Source of the DNA: Acidobacteriota bacterium
Lineage (GTDB): Bacteria > Acidobacteriota > Blastocatellia > RBC074
DNA length: 64,000 nucleotides
NCBI GenBank assembly: GCA_016789605.1
Contig: JAEUQO010000211.1
Coordinates: 1,798-65,797 of the forward strand
Reading direction: 5' to 3'
Part shown: in pieces, positions 38,278-50,282 of the stretch
Position numbering within the stretch: position 1 is the stretch's first letter
Layout of the letters: each line of letters begins with the position of its first letter
Translations under genes and position numbers: made by a program
The notes under the pieces: model-generated
The model's database searches: none
What the model saw: only the letters and a program-made list of their open reading frames with translations
What the model was told of the DNA's origin: nothing

Positions 38278-39282
38278 TTAGGATTTCGGTCCCAGGCTGC
38301 CGGTGTAATTAAAGCCCAGTTTCTCGCGGTGGACGACGATCTTGGCTTCGCCCAGCACCCGTTTGTTGAAGTCGTCAATCAGCGATTGATTCTTTTCGCT
38401 GAGCAATTTGTCTTCGATCTCTTTGCGCACTTTTTCCAGCGGCAGCGGTTCGGCGCGCTGTTCCAGTTTGAACAAATGAAACCCGTAACTGGATTTGACC
38501 ACCCGGCTGATCGAACCGACTTTCAGCGGCGTGATCGCTTGTTCGAGCGCGGGCGGCAATTGTTGCGCTTCGTAATAAATCAAACCGCCGTTGGCGGCGG
38601 TCGGCGCTTCGGAATGTTCCTTGGCCAACACGGCAAAATCTTGCGGCTTGGCCAGCGCCTGACGATAGAGTTTCTGGGCGTCGGCGTCTTCGTGCACGCG
38701 AATCTCGCGCACATAAAACCCGTTTTTGCCCTGATACTGTTCGCTGTTTTTGTTGTAGTACGCCTCGACCTCTTGCGGCGTCACCTGAACGTCTTTGAGC
38801 ACTTCGGTCTTGTAAAACTTCAGCGACAACAGGTCGTTAAAGATTTCCACGCGCCGTTCGCTGCTTTCGAGCGTCGCCTCATTCTGTGCTGCGCCTTCAC
38901 CGCCGCTTGCGCCAGCGGCTGCGGCATTGCCGCCGCTGGTTTGTTTGTGCTGCGCTTCGAGCGCATTACGGATTTCGTCATCCGTCGGCTCGATGTTCTT
39001 TTTCATCGCCTCTTGGACGATCAATTGCCGTTGGACAAATTCGTCAAACAACCGGCTGCGCAGTTGGTCATTGTCCGCCTGGCTTTGCGTGTTTTGCACA
39101 AAATCAGACAGGCGCGCTTTCATAAAGCGTTCAAACGCCGCCTGGCGTTCGGGCGTACCGTTGATTTCGACGATGACCGGCGATTTGTCGTCGGCTGAAC
39201 CGCCCGGCGTTTTGGAAGAACGGCAGGACAGCAGCAAGCCACTCAACAGCAAAATGGCGAAAACCGAAAGTTTGATGCGCAT
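38278..39282 (-). CDS. SurA/PrsA-like PpiC-type peptidyl-prolyl isomerase, probable lipoprotein
   Basis: Start taken at ATG 39282, giving MRIKLSVFAILLLSGLLLSCRSS (lipobox-like LLSC). The parvulin segment is FYVREIRVH...NGGLIYYEAQQL...SSYGFHLFKL. Confidence 0.75.
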   Translation of the reverse strand: MRIKLSVFAILLLSGLLLSCRSSKTPGGSADDKSPVIVEINGTPERQAAFERFMKARLSDFVQNTQSQADNDQLRSRLFDEFVQRQLIVQEAMKKNIEPTDDEIRNALEAQHKQTSGGNAAAAGASGGEGAAQNEATLESSERRVEIFNDLLSLKFYKTEVLKDVQVTPQEVEAYYNKNSEQYQGKNGFYVREIRVHEDADAQKLYRQALAKPQDFAVLAKEHSEAPTAANGGLIYYEAQQLPPALEQAITPLKVGSISRVVKSSYGFHLFKLEQRAEPLPLEKVRKEIEDKLLSEKNQSLIDDFNKRVLGEAKIVVHREKLGFNYTGSLGPKS

Positions 39283-39419
39283 AGGAATGATGGAAACCAC
39301 TTAAACCAACGTTGATTGTACGATGCGGAGTCTGGCGCTCGCAAGAAGACACGGGTTGGCGCAGCGCGCCATTTCGGGGGCCGATTTTGCCCTGGCAGGT
39401 CGCCGGGCGCGGGGCAAGG

Positions 39420-40529
39420 TCATTCGTAGCTGGTCTGGTTGCGCGATTTTTCGCGGTGTCGCGCAAAGGCAAGTTCGATCAACTGATCCAGCAAATCGGC
39501 GTAGCGAATGCCGCTGACTTCCCACAGCTTCGGATACATGCTGATCGAAGTGAACCCGGGCATGGTGTTGATTTCGTTGACCAGCAAGCGGCCCGCATCT
39601 TTTTCCAGAAAAAAGTCCACGCGCGCCAATCCGGCGCCATCAATGGCTTGAAACGCGCGTACGGCCAGTTGCTGTATTTCCGCCGTGAGTTCGGGGCTGA
39701 TTTCCGCCGGCAACACCAAACGCGCGCCTTTGTCGTCAACGTATTTCGCTTTGTAATCATAAAACGCCGCCGTTTGCGGGACGATTTCGCCGGGCAAACT
39801 GGCTTGCGGATTATCGTTGCCGAGCACGCTGACTTCGATTTCGCGCGCATCCACGCCGCGCTCCACAATCAGTTTGCGGTCGAATTTTGCCGCCAGACGA
39901 ATGGCCTCGCCCAAACTTTTGGCGTCTGTGGCTTTGGAAATGCCGACCGACGAGCCCAGATTGGCCGGTTTGACGAAACAGGGAAATCCGAGTTCCGCCG
40001 CAATTTGCGTTTCGATCAGCAGCGGATCGGCTTCCCATTGTGTGCGCAAAAAGTGCACGAATTCGACAATCGGCAAGCCCGCTTCACGAAACAACCGTTT
40101 CATGATGACCTTGTCCATGCCCGCGGACGAAGCCAGCACTCCGCACCCGACGTAAGGCACATCGGCCATTTCCAGCAATCCCTGAATGGTGCCGTCTTCG
40201 CCATAGGTGCCGTGCAGGACCGGAATCACCACATCAAGTTTGCCGCGTTCGTCTGCGGCCTGTTTTCCACTGACATAGGTCAGCCCGCGTTCGGTCGGAT
40301 CGCCCAAAATGGCAACATGTTGGTCGGCTTGCGCCAGGACGGCGCTGGGCAACAAGCGCGTCGCTTCGCTGGAAGAAAGCCAGCGGCCTTCTTTGGTAAT
40401 GGCAATTGGCACCACTTCGTATTTCGCGCGGTCGAGCGCATTGATGATGGATTCCGCCGACCGCAATGACACTTCGTGTTCGCCGGAACGCCCGCCGAAA
40501 ATGACGCCCACTTTAAGCTTGTTGTCCAA
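39420..40529 (-). CDS. ddl: D-alanine--D-alanine ligase
   Basis: [25 protein letters not shown]..., the ATP-grasp body, and ..[13 protein letters not shown] start with GAGGAG 5 nt upstream. Confidence 0.95.
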   Translation of the reverse strand: MDNKLKVGVIFGGRSGEHEVSLRSAESIINALDRAKYEVVPIAITKEGRWLSSSEATRLLPSAVLAQADQHVAILGDPTERGLTYVSGKQAADERGKLDVVIPVLHGTYGEDGTIQGLLEMADVPYVGCGVLASSAGMDKVIMKRLFREAGLPIVEFVHFLRTQWEADPLLIETQIAAELGFPCFVKPANLGSSVGISKATDAKSLGEAIRLAAKFDRKLIVERGVDAREIEVSVLGNDNPQASLPGEIVPQTAAFYDYKAKYVDDKGARLVLPAEISPELTAEIQQLAVRAFQAIDGAGLARVDFFLEKDAGRLLVNEINTMPGFTSISMYPKLWEVSGIRYADLLDQLIELAFARHREKSRNQTSYE

Positions 40530-40647
40530 ACGATCTCCTCAAACGGTAAGAAAGAGCAACCACCAAAACCGCGCCCAGCGCGAAACGAAACCTGCGCATT
40601 CGTGTCGTGCGTTCTGTGCGGTTGGTGGTTTCCACCCCTTTTCGCCC

Positions 40648-41565
40648 TTACATAATTTTTTTGCCGAACGCTGACAAAATCAGTTGCACGCCCAATTCGG
40701 CAGTCTTGTTTGCCACGTCAAACACCGGGTTCACTTCGGTCAATTCAAACGACAACATCTTGCCCGAATCGGCCACCTTTTCCATGGCCAGGTGGCTTTC
40801 GCGATAGGTCGGCCCACCGGGAACCGGAGTACCGACGCCGGGCGCGAAATCCGGGTCAACAAAATCCATGTCCATCGTGACGTGAAAACCCGCCGTGCGT
40901 CGCGCTGCCAACCACATGGCTTCATCCATCACGGCGCTCATCCCGCGTTCATCCAGTTCGCGCATGGTCACCACACGAATGCCGGAAGCTTTGAGCGCGA
41001 CGGCTTCTTCCGGGTCAACGCTGCGCGCGCCGATCAACACACAATCTTCGGGATGAACCTTGGGCGCGAAACCGCCGATGTGCGTCAGCTCTTGTGCGCC
41101 GTGTCCCAAAATCGCCGCGAACGGCATGCCGTGAATGTTCCCCGACGGTGAGGTTTCGGGCGTATTCATATCGCCGTGCGCATCAAACCAAATGACGCCC
41201 ACGCGTTGTTCCCGTTTACGATGATAGGCCGCCAACCCCGACACACTGCCGATGGCAATCGAATGATCGCCGCCCAACACAATCGGAATTGAACCGTGTT
41301 CGAGTGCGGCTTCGACCTGTTCGGCCAGCGTCTGACAAGCTGCGGTGATTTCGGGCAGGTACTTCGCCTTGCTGTCGGTGACGGGCATCATCTCTGGATT
41401 ACGCACAGGAATGTTGCCCGCGTCCAAGACTTCATAGCCGAGCGTTTCCAGCCGTTCGTTCAAATCAGCCACGCGCACGGCTGACGGTCCCATATCAACA
41501 CCGCGCCGGTCAGCACCCAGGTCCATCAATACGCCGATGATCGTCGCCTTTTTTCTCACGTTCAT
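40648..41565 (-). CDS. rocF: arginase family protein
   Basis: Ureohydrolase motifs [31 protein letters not shown] and [16 protein letters not shown]. Start taken at ATG 41565 with GGGAGA upstream; GTG at 41571 is an alternative. Confidence 0.9.
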   Translation of the reverse strand: MNVRKKATIIGVLMDLGADRRGVDMGPSAVRVADLNERLETLGYEVLDAGNIPVRNPEMMPVTDSKAKYLPEITAACQTLAEQVEAALEHGSIPIVLGGDHSIAIGSVSGLAAYHRKREQRVGVIWFDAHGDMNTPETSPSGNIHGMPFAAILGHGAQELTHIGGFAPKVHPEDCVLIGARSVDPEEAVALKASGIRVVTMRELDERGMSAVMDEAMWLAARRTAGFHVTMDMDFVDPDFAPGVGTPVPGGPTYRESHLAMEKVADSGKMLSFELTEVNPVFDVANKTAELGVQLILSAFGKKIM

Positions 41566-41580
41566 AACCACTCTCCCTGC

Positions 41581-42345
41581 TTACGGCTGCCATTTCACAG
41601 CCTTGATCAAGGTAAACACACGGTCGTGTTTGCTGCGCTGTCGTAAAGCGCGAAACATGATCTGGCTGAAGCCCGCCGTTTTCATCATTTCCATCATGTC
41701 TTCTGTTGGATAAAACTTCGCTTCGGCTTCGTATGGGTCTCGTTTGATGTGCAGGTAATAGTTGCGGCGCATCGAAAGCAACAACGGATGACGCGGAATT
41801 TCGGGCGCAAGTTCGTCGGCAATCAGCAAACGTCCGCCCGGCGCAAGCACGCGATAGGCTTCGGCCAGGAATTTTTCGCCCGGCAAGCGATGAAACGCCA
41901 TCGCGGAAGTCACCAGATCAAAACTGTTGTCTTCAAACAGCAGCTTTTCTATTGGCATCACGCGCCATTCAATGCGCATGCCGACTTTGGCGGATTGTCC
42001 GGCCAGTCGCGCTTCTTCGCTTTCTTCGCGGGTGGCGCTCACGCCGATGATTTTGCCTTTTTCGCCAATCTTGCCCACGAATTGGCGCGCTATCACGCCC
42101 GTACCGGTCGGCACGTCAAGCACGCGCATACCGGGAAACGGTTCAGCCGCTTCGATGATCTGGTTGATGGTGGTCTGGTAATCCAGTCCGGTGCGGCGGC
42201 GAAAGTCCTGCGCAATGCGCTCTTCAAATTCGCTCAGCCAGGCGCCGATGATTGTACGCGGCTGTGAAGGCTGTGCCGGTTTCGGCGCAGCGTTTTCCGC
42301 CTGCCGTTCCCCAGCCAGATTTGTCGCATCTTCTCTTCGAGTCAT
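41581..42345 (-). CDS. class I SAM-dependent methyltransferase
   Basis: Motif [16 protein letters not shown], post-I and Methyltransf_11-like layout, N-terminal charged extension. Confidence 0.8.
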   Translation of the reverse strand: MTRREDATNLAGERQAENAAPKPAQPSQPRTIIGAWLSEFEERIAQDFRRRTGLDYQTTINQIIEAAEPFPGMRVLDVPTGTGVIARQFVGKIGEKGKIIGVSATREESEEARLAGQSAKVGMRIEWRVMPIEKLLFEDNSFDLVTSAMAFHRLPGEKFLAEAYRVLAPGGRLLIADELAPEIPRHPLLLSMRRNYYLHIKRDPYEAEAKFYPTEDMMEMMKTAGFSQIMFRALRQRSKHDRVFTLIKAVKWQP

Positions 42346-42438
42346 GGGGCAAAGTCCTCAAGATTCGAGCTGTCAAACTGGGGGAAGATTACAAAGCAAA
42401 CGAAACCTATGGCCGTGGCTGTCAAACAGCCAACCGCC

Positions 42439-43752
42439 TTATGGTTTCAACCGATACAGCATGCGGGGGAATGGAATCGTTTCGCGCACGTGTTCGATGC
42501 CGCAAATCCAGGTCACGCAGCGTTCGATGCCCATGCCAAATCCGCCGTGCGGAACGCTGCCGTATTTGCGCAAGTCCAGATACCAGTCAAACGCCTCTTC
42601 GGGCAGTTCGTGTGCGGCGAGTTGTTTCAGCAAGTAATCCAGCGACGACGAACGTTCGCCGCCACCGATGATTTCGCCGTACCCTTCGGGCGCAAGCACG
42701 TCCACGCACAACGCCAGGTCGGGGCGCTCCGGATCCGGTTCCATGTAAAACGCTTTGACCGCCGCCGGGTAACGATGCACCAACACCGGTTTGTCGAATT
42801 GTGACGAGATATAGGTTTCGTCCGGCGCGCCCAGATCGCCGCCCCATTCAAAGCGGTTTTCCAGTTTTCCTTCGGCGTGCGCCTGTTGCAGCATCTTGAC
42901 CGCATCGTCATATTGCAGGCGCGGAAACGGCGGCACCAGGTTGGCCAATTTGCTGACGTCGCGCTCGAGCACTTTCAATTCTTCCTGCCGGTTTTCGAGC
43001 ACGCGACCAACCACGAAGCTCAAAAAGTTTTCGGCCAGTTCCATCACGTCGTTCAGCTTGGCATAGGCGACTTCCGGTTCGACCATCCAGAATTCGGTCA
43101 GGTGGCGACGGGTTTTTGATTTCTCTGCGCGGAAGGTCGGTCCGAAGCAATAGACTTTGCCAAAGGCAGCGGCGGTCGCTTCGTTGTACAACTGACCCGA
43201 TTGCGAGAGGTATGCTTTTTCGTCGTCGAAGTAATCCACTTCAAACAGAGTGGTCGTGCCTTCGCAGGCGGCGGGCGTGAAAATCGGCGTATCACACAAG
43301 GTGAAGCCATTCGAATCAAAGAAATCGCGCACGGCTTTGATGATTTCGTGGCGCACGCGCAAGATCGCGTGTTGCCGCCGTGAGCGCAACCACAAATGAC
43401 GGTGATCCATCAGGAATTCGACGCCGTGCTCTTTGGGCGTAATCGGATATTCGTGCGTCAGGTGCACGATTTCCAGCGTCTTGATGTCCAATTCGTAAAC
43501 GCCGGGCTTTTTGGGATGTTCGCGCGGCACGCCGGTCACAATGAGCGAGGATTCCTGGGTGATTTTCTCGGCGTTTTCCCAGGTCGCTTCGTCCACGTCT
43601 TTTTTCGAGACCACGGTTTGAATGAGACCTGAGCCATCGCGGAGCTCCAGAAAACCGAGTTTGCCGCTCGACCGTTTGTTATAAAGCCAGCCTTTGATGG
43701 TGACCTCTTCGCCGAGGTGTTTGCCAATTTCTGCGATATACGTTTGCTTCAT
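42439..43752 (-). CDS. asnS: asparagine--tRNA ligase
   Basis: 437 aa. N-terminal OB ([26 protein letters not shown]) and class II motifs ([21 protein letters not shown]; [11 protein letters not shown]). Length fits AsnRS better than AspRS. Confidence 0.85.
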   Translation of the reverse strand: MKQTYIAEIGKHLGEEVTIKGWLYNKRSSGKLGFLELRDGSGLIQTVVSKKDVDEATWENAEKITQESSLIVTGVPREHPKKPGVYELDIKTLEIVHLTHEYPITPKEHGVEFLMDHRHLWLRSRRQHAILRVRHEIIKAVRDFFDSNGFTLCDTPIFTPAACEGTTTLFEVDYFDDEKAYLSQSGQLYNEATAAAFGKVYCFGPTFRAEKSKTRRHLTEFWMVEPEVAYAKLNDVMELAENFLSFVVGRVLENRQEELKVLERDVSKLANLVPPFPRLQYDDAVKMLQQAHAEGKLENRFEWGGDLGAPDETYISSQFDKPVLVHRYPAAVKAFYMEPDPERPDLALCVDVLAPEGYGEIIGGGERSSSLDYLLKQLAAHELPEEAFDWYLDLRKYGSVPHGGFGMGIERCVTWICGIEHVRETIPFPRMLYRLKP

Positions 43753-44291
43753 AAAAACACCAGGTACGGAACCGGAACGTGTTCCGTCAACCAGACTCCA
43801 TTGGTAGAAAGATAAAACACAAACCCATCGTGCTGCATCTGTGCCGCATGGACTTGCAAGACAACCGGTTTGCCATAACGCTGCCCGACAGAGCGGGCAA
43901 TTTCGCGGTCGGCGGAAAGATGCACGTGATGCCGTTGGCCTTTGATCAACCCTTGCGCCTGAATCGAAGCCAGAAAGCGTTCGGCGGTGCCGTGAAAGAG
44001 CGTCTCGGGCGGAACGGCCGGTTCATAGCCCAATTCGACCGCCACGGAATGGCCTTGATTGGCGCGGATCAATTGGCCGTCTGCGCTAAACGAAAACCGC
44101 TGTTTGTCGTTGTTGGCAACCACCTGCTGAAGTTCTGCGCGCGAAAATTTCAGGTCTTGCCGGTCAGCGGCGGCCAGCAAGTCGGCGACAGAAACCCAGC
44201 CAGCGTCGTTCAATTTCAAACCGACAGTTTCCGGCTGGTGTCGCAAAACCAAACTCAGAAACTTGCTGATTTTGACTTCTCGCCTGGTCAT
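43749..44291 (-). CDS. kptA: RNA 2'-phosphotransferase (Tpt1/KptA family)
   Basis: [33 protein letters not shown]...RANQGHS...LFHGT match the KptA family. There are ATGA overlaps at both ends. Confidence 0.9.
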   Translation of the reverse strand: MTRREVKISKFLSLVLRHQPETVGLKLNDAGWVSVADLLAAADRQDLKFSRAELQQVVANNDKQRFSFSADGQLIRANQGHSVAVELGYEPAVPPETLFHGTAERFLASIQAQGLIKGQRHHVHLSADREIARSVGQRYGKPVVLQVHAAQMQHDGFVFYLSTNGVWLTEHVPVPYLVFL

Positions 44292-45058
44292 GACGATTTG
44301 CCGTAAAGCCGATGAGCTTCTTTCATCGTCAGATGCCGCACACGCAATGAGCCATCGCCGAGTTTTTCCGCACCAAGCGGATCGAGATAAAACTGCCGTC
44401 CGCCCAATTTCACTGCCGGGTCAATTCCGTAAACGCCGATGTTGAATGTGAAAGCTCCGTCGCTGATGGCCTTGAACCAGTGAACGTTGTCCTTTTCGTC
44501 AGAGATGGTTGTCACTTCGCCAAGCTTCAGCGCACGGTCAAGCGTCGGTTTGATAATCAAATGCTCCGGCTCGTCGCGCAGCCGGTCGTAATGCCAGCCG
44601 TGAAGTTCGCCACCAATCGGCATGTGCATTGAAGTCATGTTGCGATGGCAATGCGGCACGATGGCGCGATCTTTTTTCAGGCCATAGATGAAAGTCGAAA
44701 AGCTCAGTTCTTTGGGCAATCCGGCGGCGCGGGGCGGTTTTGTCGCGACGACGCCTTCGTGATCGTCTGGGAATTTGATGGTCTTGCTCAGCCGCTCGAA
44801 GTCAATGTCACGCAGCAGGTCTTTCAGTTCTACGCGCGCAAACAGCTCATCCAGTTTGCGCTGCCATTCAATCTGTTTGTTTTTTTGCTCGGCCAGCGCA
44901 CGGCTGATTTCTTCCACTTCTGCCAGCCAGTGTTTGACGATGGGCGCAACGCCCCTGGCCAACGCATCGCCGCGACTGAGTGTTTCGACCAGCGAAAAGG
45001 CCATTAGCGAACCGAGCATTTGAGTCGTGAAGTTTCTTCGAGAAATTGTTTCCATCAT
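44288..45058 (-). CDS. Tat-signal hypothetical protein, possibly cupin-like
   Basis: [24 protein letters not shown] is a twin-arginine-type signal. The C-terminal His-rich beta region ([24 protein letters not shown]) hints at a cupin fold. No family recognised. Confidence 0.6.
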   Translation of the reverse strand: MMETISRRNFTTQMLGSLMAFSLVETLSRGDALARGVAPIVKHWLAEVEEISRALAEQKNKQIEWQRKLDELFARVELKDLLRDIDFERLSKTIKFPDDHEGVVATKPPRAAGLPKELSFSTFIYGLKKDRAIVPHCHRNMTSMHMPIGGELHGWHYDRLRDEPEHLIIKPTLDRALKLGEVTTISDEKDNVHWFKAISDGAFTFNIGVYGIDPAVKLGGRQFYLDPLGAEKLGDGSLRVRHLTMKEAHRLYGKSS

Positions 45059-46146
45059 CGTTCTGTTGCCGTCGTTCTGTTCGCGTTTTCCAATGCCGCA
45101 CGAAGCGCAGGATATTCCTTCATTCCCGGTTTGCCCATTGCGCGCAACACCGTGGCCACCGCCGGTGCAATGTATTTTTCGTACACTTCATAACGACCAA
45201 CCACGGCGCTTTGATAGGAAAACGTGCCCGTCGCTTTCAGTTGCCGCTGTATCGTCATCAGGTGAAATTCAAACCGCAGCTCTTCGCTATCAATCACCGG
45301 CAATCCATGCCGCACGCGCATCTGCTGAAAGTAATCCTGTTTGGCCTCGACCCAGGATTCATCTGCCGGTTGCAACCGGCGCTCGACCAGCAGCGGCACC
45401 AGATCATAGGTCGCCGGTCCCATACGCGCATCTTGATGATCAATCACGCGCAATTCGCCGCGCGCATCCACCATCAAATTCATTGCGTGATAATCGCGAT
45501 GCGTCAGCACACGCGGACGCGCAGCCAATTCGGCGGCAATCGTTTGCAAATCGCGTTTGATGGCAGCCGCCTCTTCTTCACTCAAAACCTGCTGCCGGTA
45601 GCTGCCGAAATAATGCGCAAAGAAATAGTTTAATTCCCAGGCCAGCTTGTCTTCATCAAATGCCAGACGACTCGACACCGAGTTCATATCATAAGCCAAT
45701 GGCGTGACAGCCTGAATGCGCGCGATCAGTTCAATGGCGCGATTGAGCATTTCATCGGCGGCGTGGTCATTAGCTTCGGCCAGCCATTTGGCCAGACTGG
45801 TATCGCCCAGGTCTTCTTGCAGGATAATGCCTTCTTCGCCCGCCACATCAATCACTTTGGGAACGGGCAAAGCGGCCTGTTCAAACAGGCGGGTCACATC
45901 GAGGTAGGAATTATCCTGGGGCGCAAACGGCGCAGGGTACAAACTGATGATGCAGGTTTGCGCAGGACGTGCAACATCGGCCACGCGATAATATTTGCGC
46001 GTCGAAGCGTCAGGCGTCAGCGCGTCGAGTGTCACGGCTTCGAACGGAATGCCCATATAACGAGCGGTGTAATTGATCACGCGCCGTTCGCTGAGTCCGC
46101 CAGTGCTTTGCATCGCAATCGGATTGGGGCTAGGTGAAGTTGTCAT
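45055..46146 (-). CDS. aminoglycoside-phosphotransferase-fold kinase (AmgK-like anomeric sugar kinase family candidate)
   Basis: [41 protein letters not shown] is the APH/COG3178-type catalytic and DFG-like region. Confidence 0.7.
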   Translation of the reverse strand: MTTSPSPNPIAMQSTGGLSERRVINYTARYMGIPFEAVTLDALTPDASTRKYYRVADVARPAQTCIISLYPAPFAPQDNSYLDVTRLFEQAALPVPKVIDVAGEEGIILQEDLGDTSLAKWLAEANDHAADEMLNRAIELIARIQAVTPLAYDMNSVSSRLAFDEDKLAWELNYFFAHYFGSYRQQVLSEEEAAAIKRDLQTIAAELAARPRVLTHRDYHAMNLMVDARGELRVIDHQDARMGPATYDLVPLLVERRLQPADESWVEAKQDYFQQMRVRHGLPVIDSEELRFEFHLMTIQRQLKATGTFSYQSAVVGRYEVYEKYIAPAVATVLRAMGKPGMKEYPALRAALENANRTTATER

Positions 46147-46348
46147 CGCCGGTGTCTCTGTCTGTCTTTTTTTTGATATGAGCGGCTGACGGGAGGATCA
46201 GAGCTGATAGCTCAGGCTCGAAGGTGAGCGATTGCCAAAGGGGAAGGTCAGCGAAGAGGGAGCCGTTCGCCGTTCATCTCTCCATCACCCGCACGAAAAC
46301 AATTGTGACCACTTGTCGCTGCAAATGCGACGGCGGATGGTAGCATCC

Positions 46349-47335
46349 CTAAAATGGCACGACAAGCAGGTCTCCCACGACAGTGCCCGGCAGCGCTTTT
46401 TCGGGGCGTTCGCTCAGCGGCGCGGCGGCGGCAGGCACAATCACGCTACGCTGAAACTCTGCCCCAGCGGGTATCACAACGTCATCACCGACAATACATT
46501 CGGTCAACCGAGCGCCGCTTTCCACACGCACACGCCGCCACAACACCGAGCGGGTAAGTTCTGCGCCAGCAGCAATTTCGCAACCTTCATCCCAAATCGC
46601 GGCCTGTCCCTGCCGCGCCAGAAATGCCAGGCTGATTTCCAGATAGCGGGCAATGGTGCTCAATTCATACCAGGCGCTGTCAGCCAACGCGACGTGCGCG
46701 GCAATCACTTTGCCGTCCGCCATCGCTTGCGGATAAACATCGCGCACAGAATCTGAAAACACGCCTCGCGGAATGTAAGCAAAAATGCCCGGCTCCATCA
46801 GATGAATGCCTGTGAACATCAACGGCGCAGCTTGCCCGGCGTCTGCCGTCGGCGCGGGAAAACCGCCAAACTTTTCGATGCGTCCATCAGCGGTCACCAG
46901 CACTTCGCTAAACCGTTCGCGTTTTGCATTGGGTTTTAGCACCAACGTCGCCAATGCGTTTCGCTGGCGATGCGTTGCCAGAGCAGACGCCAAATCAATG
47001 TCTGTGATGATCTTGCCGTTCACGACGATGAAGGTGTCCGTGCCGAGCAAATCGCGCACGGCATCCAGCGCCCCCGACGTGCCAAGGATTTCCGGCTCTT
47101 CGACCGAATAATGAATGCGCACACCATATTGGCTGCCATCGCCGATTTGTTCGCGCACCGAAGCTGGTTCGTGATGCAAATTGATGATCACGTCCGTGAT
47201 GCCGTATTGCCGTAAATACTCGATGGTATAGGCAATCAATGGACGGTTGAGAAATGGAATGGCCGGTTTGGTGCGGCTGACAGTCAGCGGCCACAACCGC
47301 GTGCCAAACCCGGCGGCGAGAATCATTGCTTTCAT
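46349..47335 (-). CDS. sugar-1-phosphate nucleotidylyltransferase with C-terminal left-handed beta-helix
   Basis: [34 protein letters not shown] is the NTP_transferase signature. The C-terminal third has hexapeptide-like periodicity. Confidence 0.8.
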   Translation of the reverse strand: MKAMILAAGFGTRLWPLTVSRTKPAIPFLNRPLIAYTIEYLRQYGITDVIINLHHEPASVREQIGDGSQYGVRIHYSVEEPEILGTSGALDAVRDLLGTDTFIVVNGKIITDIDLASALATHRQRNALATLVLKPNAKRERFSEVLVTADGRIEKFGGFPAPTADAGQAAPLMFTGIHLMEPGIFAYIPRGVFSDSVRDVYPQAMADGKVIAAHVALADSAWYELSTIARYLEISLAFLARQGQAAIWDEGCEIAAGAELTRSVLWRRVRVESGARLTECIVGDDVVIPAGAEFQRSVIVPAAAAPLSERPEKALPGTVVGDLLVVPF

Positions 47336-47379
47336 AACGTGAAGGTTGTTGGTTGCGGTTTGGCGACGTCACCAAGTCG

Positions 47380-47961
47380 TCAAAACACCATATCGCCAAA
47401 CGGTTTGCCCTGTTGCTGACAATAAGCGGCCTGCAACGCCAGATAACTGTCCAAAATGTATTCTTGCGGCGTAACGCCGAGCAACGTTACGGCTTGGGTG
47501 ATGGCGTCTTCCGTGCCTTCGAGTTCGACAAAATTGCCGATAGGCGTTTCGTCAAACATCACCTGCAGGCTGACGCCCGCTGGCAACAACGCCCGGTAAA
47601 CCGTGCGGTATTTCTGATACCGAAACCAGGAGCGATAGCCCAATCGTTCAAGCAACGCGACCAAACTTTCCGGGTCAGCGACGCCGGTTTCGATTTCCAA
47701 GCGCAATTTGAATTGCGAAGCAGGCGCGCTGGGCGGCGCTTTTTCTTTATAGGTCAGCGTGCCTTTGCCTGCGACGGAACGCACACGCAAGATCGCCGCT
47801 TTGGCGCTCAAGGTTTGCGCTTGCGTATCGAATAACCAGTTGTCTTCAAAATGCCTGGGCGTTTCGCTTTCCAGCCGCAAGCCCGCCCGCACAAACGCCG
47901 CCAAATCATCGCAGCGCAATTTGACTTCGATTTCCTGGTGACGTGTCTCTGGGGTCTGCAT
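47380..47961 (-). CDS. CYTH domain protein (class IV adenylate cyclase / triphosphate tunnel metalloenzyme family)
   Basis: The N-terminal EIEVKLR motif (ExExK) and the roughly 190-aa size are typical of CYTH. Confidence 0.7.
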   Translation of the reverse strand: MQTPETRHQEIEVKLRCDDLAAFVRAGLRLESETPRHFEDNWLFDTQAQTLSAKAAILRVRSVAGKGTLTYKEKAPPSAPASQFKLRLEIETGVADPESLVALLERLGYRSWFRYQKYRTVYRALLPAGVSLQVMFDETPIGNFVELEGTEDAITQAVTLLGVTPQEYILDSYLALQAAYCQQQGKPFGDMVF

Positions 47962-48005
47962 TTTGGCGATGGGGAAGCGTTCAGTGAAGGAGTCGTGTTG
48001 CGTCG

Positions 48006-48605
48006 TCAGGCGACTTGTCCGGCGCGATACGCAGGATTGAGTTCAAAGGTGCCGGGCGCAACCTTGCGAAAACGCTTGCTGCGGCTTAAGGAAACCGCCA
48101 GCGTAATCAATTGGTGCTGACCGCGAAATTCAAACCCGCCTTCGGCCATGCGGCGATAGATTTCGCTGACGTGCAAGGCGCGGTCGGCTTCGCGCAGAAC
48201 GATCGTGGCCGCTTGAGGAATGCGAAAATCATTGAACCGCACATTGCTGCTTTCTTCATTCTGGCGCAGCTTGGCGACTTCGGCTTCGATTTCGGCCTCT
48301 GCCTCTGCCAGCGAAACGCCGTACGTCGGATCGTCATAGGGCAACAACGGTGAAGAATAGGAGGTGCGTTCAGGTAACGGCGCGGGCGGAGGTGTCAGCG
48401 AGCCAGTCTGGCGGTCGCCGGGGAAAAGCACACGGCGCAACGCGTTTTCTGTCTGTTCGATGACGGCATCAAACGACGCGAGTTGCGCGCGCAAAATGTC
48501 TGCTTCTTCTTCGATTTGCCGCAGCCGGGCCTGAATTTTCCGCTTCGCTTCGCGGTTTTCGCTGAGCGACCGTTGCAGTGCGGCAATGGCGGTATCGTCT
48601 ATCAT
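48006..48605 (-). CDS. hypothetical coiled-coil protein with C-terminal HARE-HTH-like winged helix
   Basis: Heptad-rich N-terminus. The C-terminus ATIVLREADRALHVSEIYRRMAEGGFEF....TLAVSLSRSKRFRKVAPGTFEL resembles the HARE-HTH pattern. Assignment is by recall only. Confidence 0.5.
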   Translation of the reverse strand: MIDDTAIAALQRSLSENREAKRKIQARLRQIEEEADILRAQLASFDAVIEQTENALRRVLFPGDRQTGSLTPPPAPLPERTSYSSPLLPYDDPTYGVSLAEAEAEIEAEVAKLRQNEESSNVRFNDFRIPQAATIVLREADRALHVSEIYRRMAEGGFEFRGQHQLITLAVSLSRSKRFRKVAPGTFELNPAYRAGQVA

Positions 48606-48683
48606 AACGAGAGCGGCACGACGAACACGATGCGGAATTTACCAGCCACCGCCACGCCATAGACGCGGGCCAATCAGGAAAGA

Positions 48684-49700
48684 TTACCGATCACGTTCGA
48701 CAATGAATTGAGCAATGTCCGTCAGCGCCCGCCGATACGGATTGTCCGGGAAGATCAGCAGGGCTTCCTGAGCGCGCGCGGCATAGGCATAAGCTTCGTT
48801 ACGCGCCCGATCCAGTTCACCATATTCATCCAAAATTGCCAAGACTTCTTTCGCGCGCCGGGTTTCGCCCGCAGGCTCATCCATCGCCGCGCGCACAATC
48901 GGCGCAAACTCCGGATTTTGCCGCAGCAAACGGATCAGCGGCAACGTGACTTTACCTTCGCGCAAATCATTGAGCACGGGTTTACCGAGCTTGCTCATGT
49001 CTGACGTGAAATCGAGCAGGTCATCCACGAGCTGAAAGGCAATGCCGAGATTCAATCCATACGACGCCAGAGCATCGCGCTCTTCTTCGGTGGCGCCGCG
49101 CATAATGCCGCCCACGCGCGAACTGGCGCTGAACAAAAAGCCGGTTTTGCGGCTGACGATATCCAGATGTTGCTCTTCGGTAATTTTGATGTTGCCGATC
49201 AGAGTCAGTTGGATCAATTCGCCTTCGGTCATCTTGCGCGTGGCTTCGGTCAGCGCGTCCAGCACCGCCAGGCTGCGCTGCTGCAAGGCCGTCTCAAAGG
49301 CGGTCATGTACAGCCAGTCTCCCATCAGAACGGCTGTTTCGTTGCCCCATTGCGAAGACACCGCCTGTCGGCCCCGGCGCGTTTCTGCGCCGTCAATCAC
49401 GTCGTCGTGCACCAGCGTCGCGGTGTGCAGAAACTCCATCACCGTCGCCATCTTGATGACGTCGTGATCAACCTCTTCGCCAAAAATTTTCGCCGCCAGG
49501 ATCAGCAAAGCCGGGCGAACGCGTTTGCCGCCCGTCTGATGCAGATAGCGGCCAATGTGCGCAATAATCTGAATGTTGGTGCGCGCTTGATGCTCGAACT
49601 CTTCCTCGACCGCCTGCATTTCGCGGTGAATCAGGCGGAAGATCTGCTGGGCAGTGACCTGCGCCGAGCGTGAGGGAGTTGCGGAAACAATCTGTGCCAT
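48684..49700 (-). CDS. ispB: polyprenyl diphosphate synthase (IspB-like)
   Basis: First and second Asp-rich motifs LVHDDVIDGAETRRGR and FQLVDDLLD. Confidence 0.9.
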   Translation of the reverse strand: MAQIVSATPSRSAQVTAQQIFRLIHREMQAVEEEFEHQARTNIQIIAHIGRYLHQTGGKRVRPALLILAAKIFGEEVDHDVIKMATVMEFLHTATLVHDDVIDGAETRRGRQAVSSQWGNETAVLMGDWLYMTAFETALQQRSLAVLDALTEATRKMTEGELIQLTLIGNIKITEEQHLDIVSRKTGFLFSASSRVGGIMRGATEEERDALASYGLNLGIAFQLVDDLLDFTSDMSKLGKPVLNDLREGKVTLPLIRLLRQNPEFAPIVRAAMDEPAGETRRAKEVLAILDEYGELDRARNEAYAYAARAQEALLIFPDNPYRRALTDIAQFIVERDR

Positions 49701-49781
49701 AGTCTTGCGTGTTCAAGTGCTGAGTGCCGAGTGCTGGGCGGTCTTCACCATCCCTGCGGAATGCACTCTGCGCCCTACACT

Positions 49782-50282
49782 CTAGTTGGATCGGTAATTT
49801 GTAAACTGCATATCAATGTCAAAATCGTGCGCACGCAAGGCGGCGATCACTTCTTGCAAAATATCGCGATCCCGGCCTGCCACACGAACCAGGTCGCCCT
49901 GGATCGAAGCCTGCACCTTGAGTTTCGTATCTTTAATGAATTTGACGATCTCTTTGGCTTTGTCCTGCGGAATGCCTTGTTGCAAGGTCAGGCGTTGGCG
50001 CACTGTTCCGCCCAGCGCCTGCTCAACCTTGCCATACGTCAATCCTTTGAGCGGCACGCCCCGTTTGACAAACTTCGTTTGCAGGATGTCGTTCAGACTT
50101 TTCAGCTTATATTCATCGTCCGAAGTCAAAATGATGGCGTCCTCGCCCTCCAGCTCGATATTGCTCTTGCTGCCTTTGAAATCAAAACGCGTCTGGACTT
50201 CCTTCAGCGCCTGATTGATGGAGTTGACGACTTCGGCGTGCTCAATGTTGGAAACAATGTCGAATGTATTCTGCTGCGCCAT
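49782..50282 (-). CDS. yajQ: YajQ family (UPF0234) nucleotide / c-di-GMP-binding protein
   Basis: [32 protein letters not shown] is the YajQ N-terminal signature. 166 aa. Confidence 0.9.
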   Translation of the reverse strand: MAQQNTFDIVSNIEHAEVVNSINQALKEVQTRFDFKGSKSNIELEGEDAIILTSDDEYKLKSLNDILQTKFVKRGVPLKGLTYGKVEQALGGTVRQRLTLQQGIPQDKAKEIVKFIKDTKLKVQASIQGDLVRVAGRDRDILQEVIAALRAHDFDIDMQFTNYRSN

